Shown in pieces: positions 61,728-64,000 of a stretch of 64,000 bases of DNA; position 1 is the stretch's first letter; every line of letters begins with the position of its first letter. The notes beneath the pieces are model-generated. The model did not search any database, was not told the origin of the DNA, and saw only the letters and a program-made list of their open reading frames with translations. This DNA is from an uncultured Nitrososphaerota archaeon (GTDB lineage Archaea > Thermoproteota > Nitrososphaeria > Nitrososphaerales > Nitrosopumilaceae), in assembly GCA_963824385.1 (NCBI GenBank), contig CAWGPD010000004.1:32001-96000 (forward strand). The letters run 5' to 3'. A program made the position numbers and the translations under genes.

Positions 61728-62594
61728 ATGACATTAGATACAACCAACATTTCAATTTCTGAAGCAATGTTAAACATACAGCCAAGTGATCAGGAGGTAT
61801 TATATGATAAAATTAAAAATGAATTATCAAAATTCGGATTAACTTCCAACCAATCCAAAGTTTTTCTATTTTTAGAAAAAAACGGATCAAGTACAGCTAC
61901 ACAAGTAAGCAATGCCCTCAAAGTACCAAGAACTGAAACCTATCACCTTTTAACAAATTTACAAAACAGAGGCTTGGTGTCTGCGTCATTTCAACATCCA
62001 ATCAAGTTTATGGCATCACCTCTTGATTCAGCCATAAACATACTAATCAATACAGAGAAGGAACGAGTTAAGAACTTGGAAAACAAGGAAAGAGACATAG
62101 TAGCACTCTGGAAAACTTTACCTCATTTTGGAATAAATAAAGAAGAAATAAGCGATGGAAAATTCCAAATTCTCCAAGGTCTAAACCAGATGTCTGGCAA
62201 AATAAGCGAGGTGGTTACAAATGCAAAGAAATCCATTCTAATGCTTGCCACAGAAAAAGATTTGATGAAATTTTATCATGCAGGACTTTTAGAATTATTA
62301 AAAGATTCCAAAGTAGACGTGCAGCTTGTTTCGTCATCATCAAGTAAAACAGAGTATATTTTTTCAGATGCCTTTAAAAATAAAGTAAAAAGAATGCCAC
62401 AGAAAATCAAGGAGGATTTATGTTTTATTATAAAAGATGATGATGAAATAATATTATTCATAAAGAAGACTAACGAAACTTCGCAGAATATGTTAGCCAT
62501 GTGGACAAATTCTAATTCCATGACATACACATTGAAATTATTATTTAGCTATATTTGGTCAAATTCCCGATATTTTAAATCTAAAAACGTCTAG
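61728..62594 (+). CDS. TrmB-family transcriptional regulator, paralogue 2
   Basis: FGLTSNQSKVFLFL..G..TA..VS..LKVPRTETYHLL..L..RGLV. Confidence 0.88.
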   Translation: MTLDTTNISISEAMLNIQPSDQEVLYDKIKNELSKFGLTSNQSKVFLFLEKNGSSTATQVSNALKVPRTETYHLLTNLQNRGLVSASFQHPIKFMASPLDSAINILINTEKERVKNLENKERDIVALWKTLPHFGINKEEISDGKFQILQGLNQMSGKISEVVTNAKKSILMLATEKDLMKFYHAGLLELLKDSKVDVQLVSSSSSKTEYIFSDAFKNKVKRMPQKIKEDLCFIIKDDDEIILFIKKTNETSQNMLAMWTNSNSMTYTLKLLFSYIWSNSRYFKSKNV

Positions 62595-62637
62595 TAGAAA
62601 TTAAATTTTTACGACAATAAAGAATTAACAGACTTGA

Positions 62638-63333
62638 TCATAAAGAGTGGATAAGCCTTAAGATCAAATCCCCATACATAATCTGAATTATAAAACCGCC
62701 TGTTATGTACAACACATAAGGTAAACCTGGTGTGACCCATACATCAGTTTCATAACAAAATGATGTTTTTTCTGCATGTTTTGGTGAAAAATCAAGGTGT
62801 CTCTTACCATCAATCATCTGTTCAATACAGAAACTATGTTTTGGATTTTTTGTTTTATATCCTACAAACATCGCTAATATTTTTTTCAGATGCGACTCGT
62901 CAATACCACTGAATATATCATTACCCCGAGTTATAGATACGACATTTCTACCCAAGTTGACAAAAAGTGGAATTACAGTTAGAATTGATGCGTTCTCTAG
63001 TGTTGTAAAAGGTGAGATTAGAGATGGAGTCATGCCAGACATCGGAGCAATACCTGCAAGAACTATCAAGCAAAATGCATCTGCACCTCCAAAGATTCCA
63101 AATCTCCACAATACCAGAGCAATTGGAGCTACAATCAAGGATAGGCCCATAGTTTTTAGATCAGGCCAAAAGTTCGGACTTGCAAATAGCAACAGTACTG
63201 CCACCGCTGAGAAACCAATCCAGAATTTGTCGTTAATTTCCCTCTTTTTGAGATCTATTACAGATGCCAATCCAAGCATGGTAATAGCTATGACAATCCT
63301 AACCATATGAAGATCAAAAAAACCATCTAACAT
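62638..63333 (-). CDS. flaK: Prepilin/pre-archaellin peptidase (A24), copy 2
   Basis: DLKKREIND, GGAD, WVTPGLPY; paralogue of 23774-24466. Confidence 0.85.
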   Translation of the reverse strand: MLDGFFDLHMVRIVIAITMLGLASVIDLKKREINDKFWIGFSAVAVLLLFASPNFWPDLKTMGLSLIVAPIALVLWRFGIFGGADAFCLIVLAGIAPMSGMTPSLISPFTTLENASILTVIPLFVNLGRNVVSITRGNDIFSGIDESHLKKILAMFVGYKTKNPKHSFCIEQMIDGKRHLDFSPKHAEKTSFCYETDVWVTPGLPYVLYITGGFIIQIMYGDLILRLIHSL

Positions 63334-63670
63334 GTGACTTTCTCGCCTTGTGAAGTATAGATTTTTAGGCTAATTTCCAAAATTGGAAGACCGATCTTAT
63401 ATCTAAGAGATTGAGAGAAAAGAACATGAAATTTTTGCCATCTTTTCACAATCCCAAGACCCGAGGATATAGCACGTATTATGCCATAGTTCTTGTAATT
63501 GTAACAGGCGTGATAATTTTGAACACATTCCAAGTTATACATCAAAACATCATCCAAATCTCGATGACCTTTTTTGAGGGATATTTCTCATTATTCATGT
63601 TAATTCGAAATGAGAAAGTAGGTAGTGGATTTTTAAGACATGTTACATATGTCAAGTCATTCACAATATC

Positions 63671-64000
63671 CTAATTTCCCCCCATTCCTGATACTTTTTC
63701 TTTTAGCCCTGTTATAATTTCAGATATTTCCTCAAACATTTCTCTTTTCTTAAAAATCAGTATTCCAATTCCTGCAACCACCGGAATAACCAACATCAAT
63801 GGATTAACATCGCCCAGTATTGACAGATTGGTTTTCGGAGCATTATCTGATGGAGTACTACTTACAAGAGGAGCATTAATTGTAATATCTTTTGAAGAAG
63901 TAGTTACTGTGTATGAACCACCTGAAACACTTGCTTCAATGTGAACTTGTCCTGGACTATCGGCTACAAAAGTTATTTTTGCGGTTCCCTGAGAGTTTAT
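63671..64000 (-). CDS. 3' end of membrane-anchored Ig-like surface protein (runs off window)
   Basis: INSQGTAKITFVA...KDITINAP...NPLMLVIPVVAGIGILIFKKRE...GN*; resembles C-terminus of 26228-28870. Confidence 0.75.
   Translation of the reverse strand: MNSQGTAKITFVADSPGQVHIEASVSGGSYTVTTSSKDITINAPLVSSTPSDNAPKTNLSILGDVNPLMLVIPVVAGIGILIFKKREMFEEISEIITGLKEKVSGMGGN

Noticed and set aside
60894..63388. TTCC-Nx-GGAA dyads (60894, 63375; weaker at ~31677 and ~49627)
   Set aside because: Spacer length varies from 4 to 7 nt and position is inconsistent.
63327..63674. ORFs 63327-63557 and 63411-63674
   Set aside because: Overlapping opposite-strand ORFs with no recognisable features; probably intergenic.
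1..64000. tRNA, rRNA, IS elements, integrase or att sites
   Set aside because: None recognised by eye; small RNAs could be missed without covariance models.

Overview
AT-rich archaeal DNA, inferred to be Nitrososphaerota (Thaumarchaeota, possibly Nitrosotalea-like) from PEFG-CTERM and IPxW surface proteins, fbp-tuf-rpsJ-rpoP synteny and archaellum genes. Bases 1-23.7 kb are mostly core genes: a giant Ig-like surface protein, 3-hydroxyacyl-CoA dehydrogenase, FBP aldolase/phosphatase with an 11x57-bp tail repeat, EF-1a, S10, RpoP, HMG-CoA synthase, GAPDH, thrC and thiolase/DUF35. Bases 23.7-64 kb form a motility/signalling island: two FlaK-like peptidases, two TrmB regulators, two histidine kinases, four stand-alone receivers, a che operon plus an exact second cheY, four archaellins (A-B-B-cupredoxin-A) and flaCDE-like/G/F/H/I/J. 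The main discovery is a palindrome, approx. GTNTG(T/A)TY-N5-R(A/C)ACANAC, found about 15 times in island intergenic DNA. It usually ends 38-43 nt before a start codon, which suggests an activator-controlled motility regulon (TrmB paralogues are candidate regulators). Nine genes carry apparent single-base insertions, most likely sequencing errors. All comparisons were made by eye; no database searches were run.
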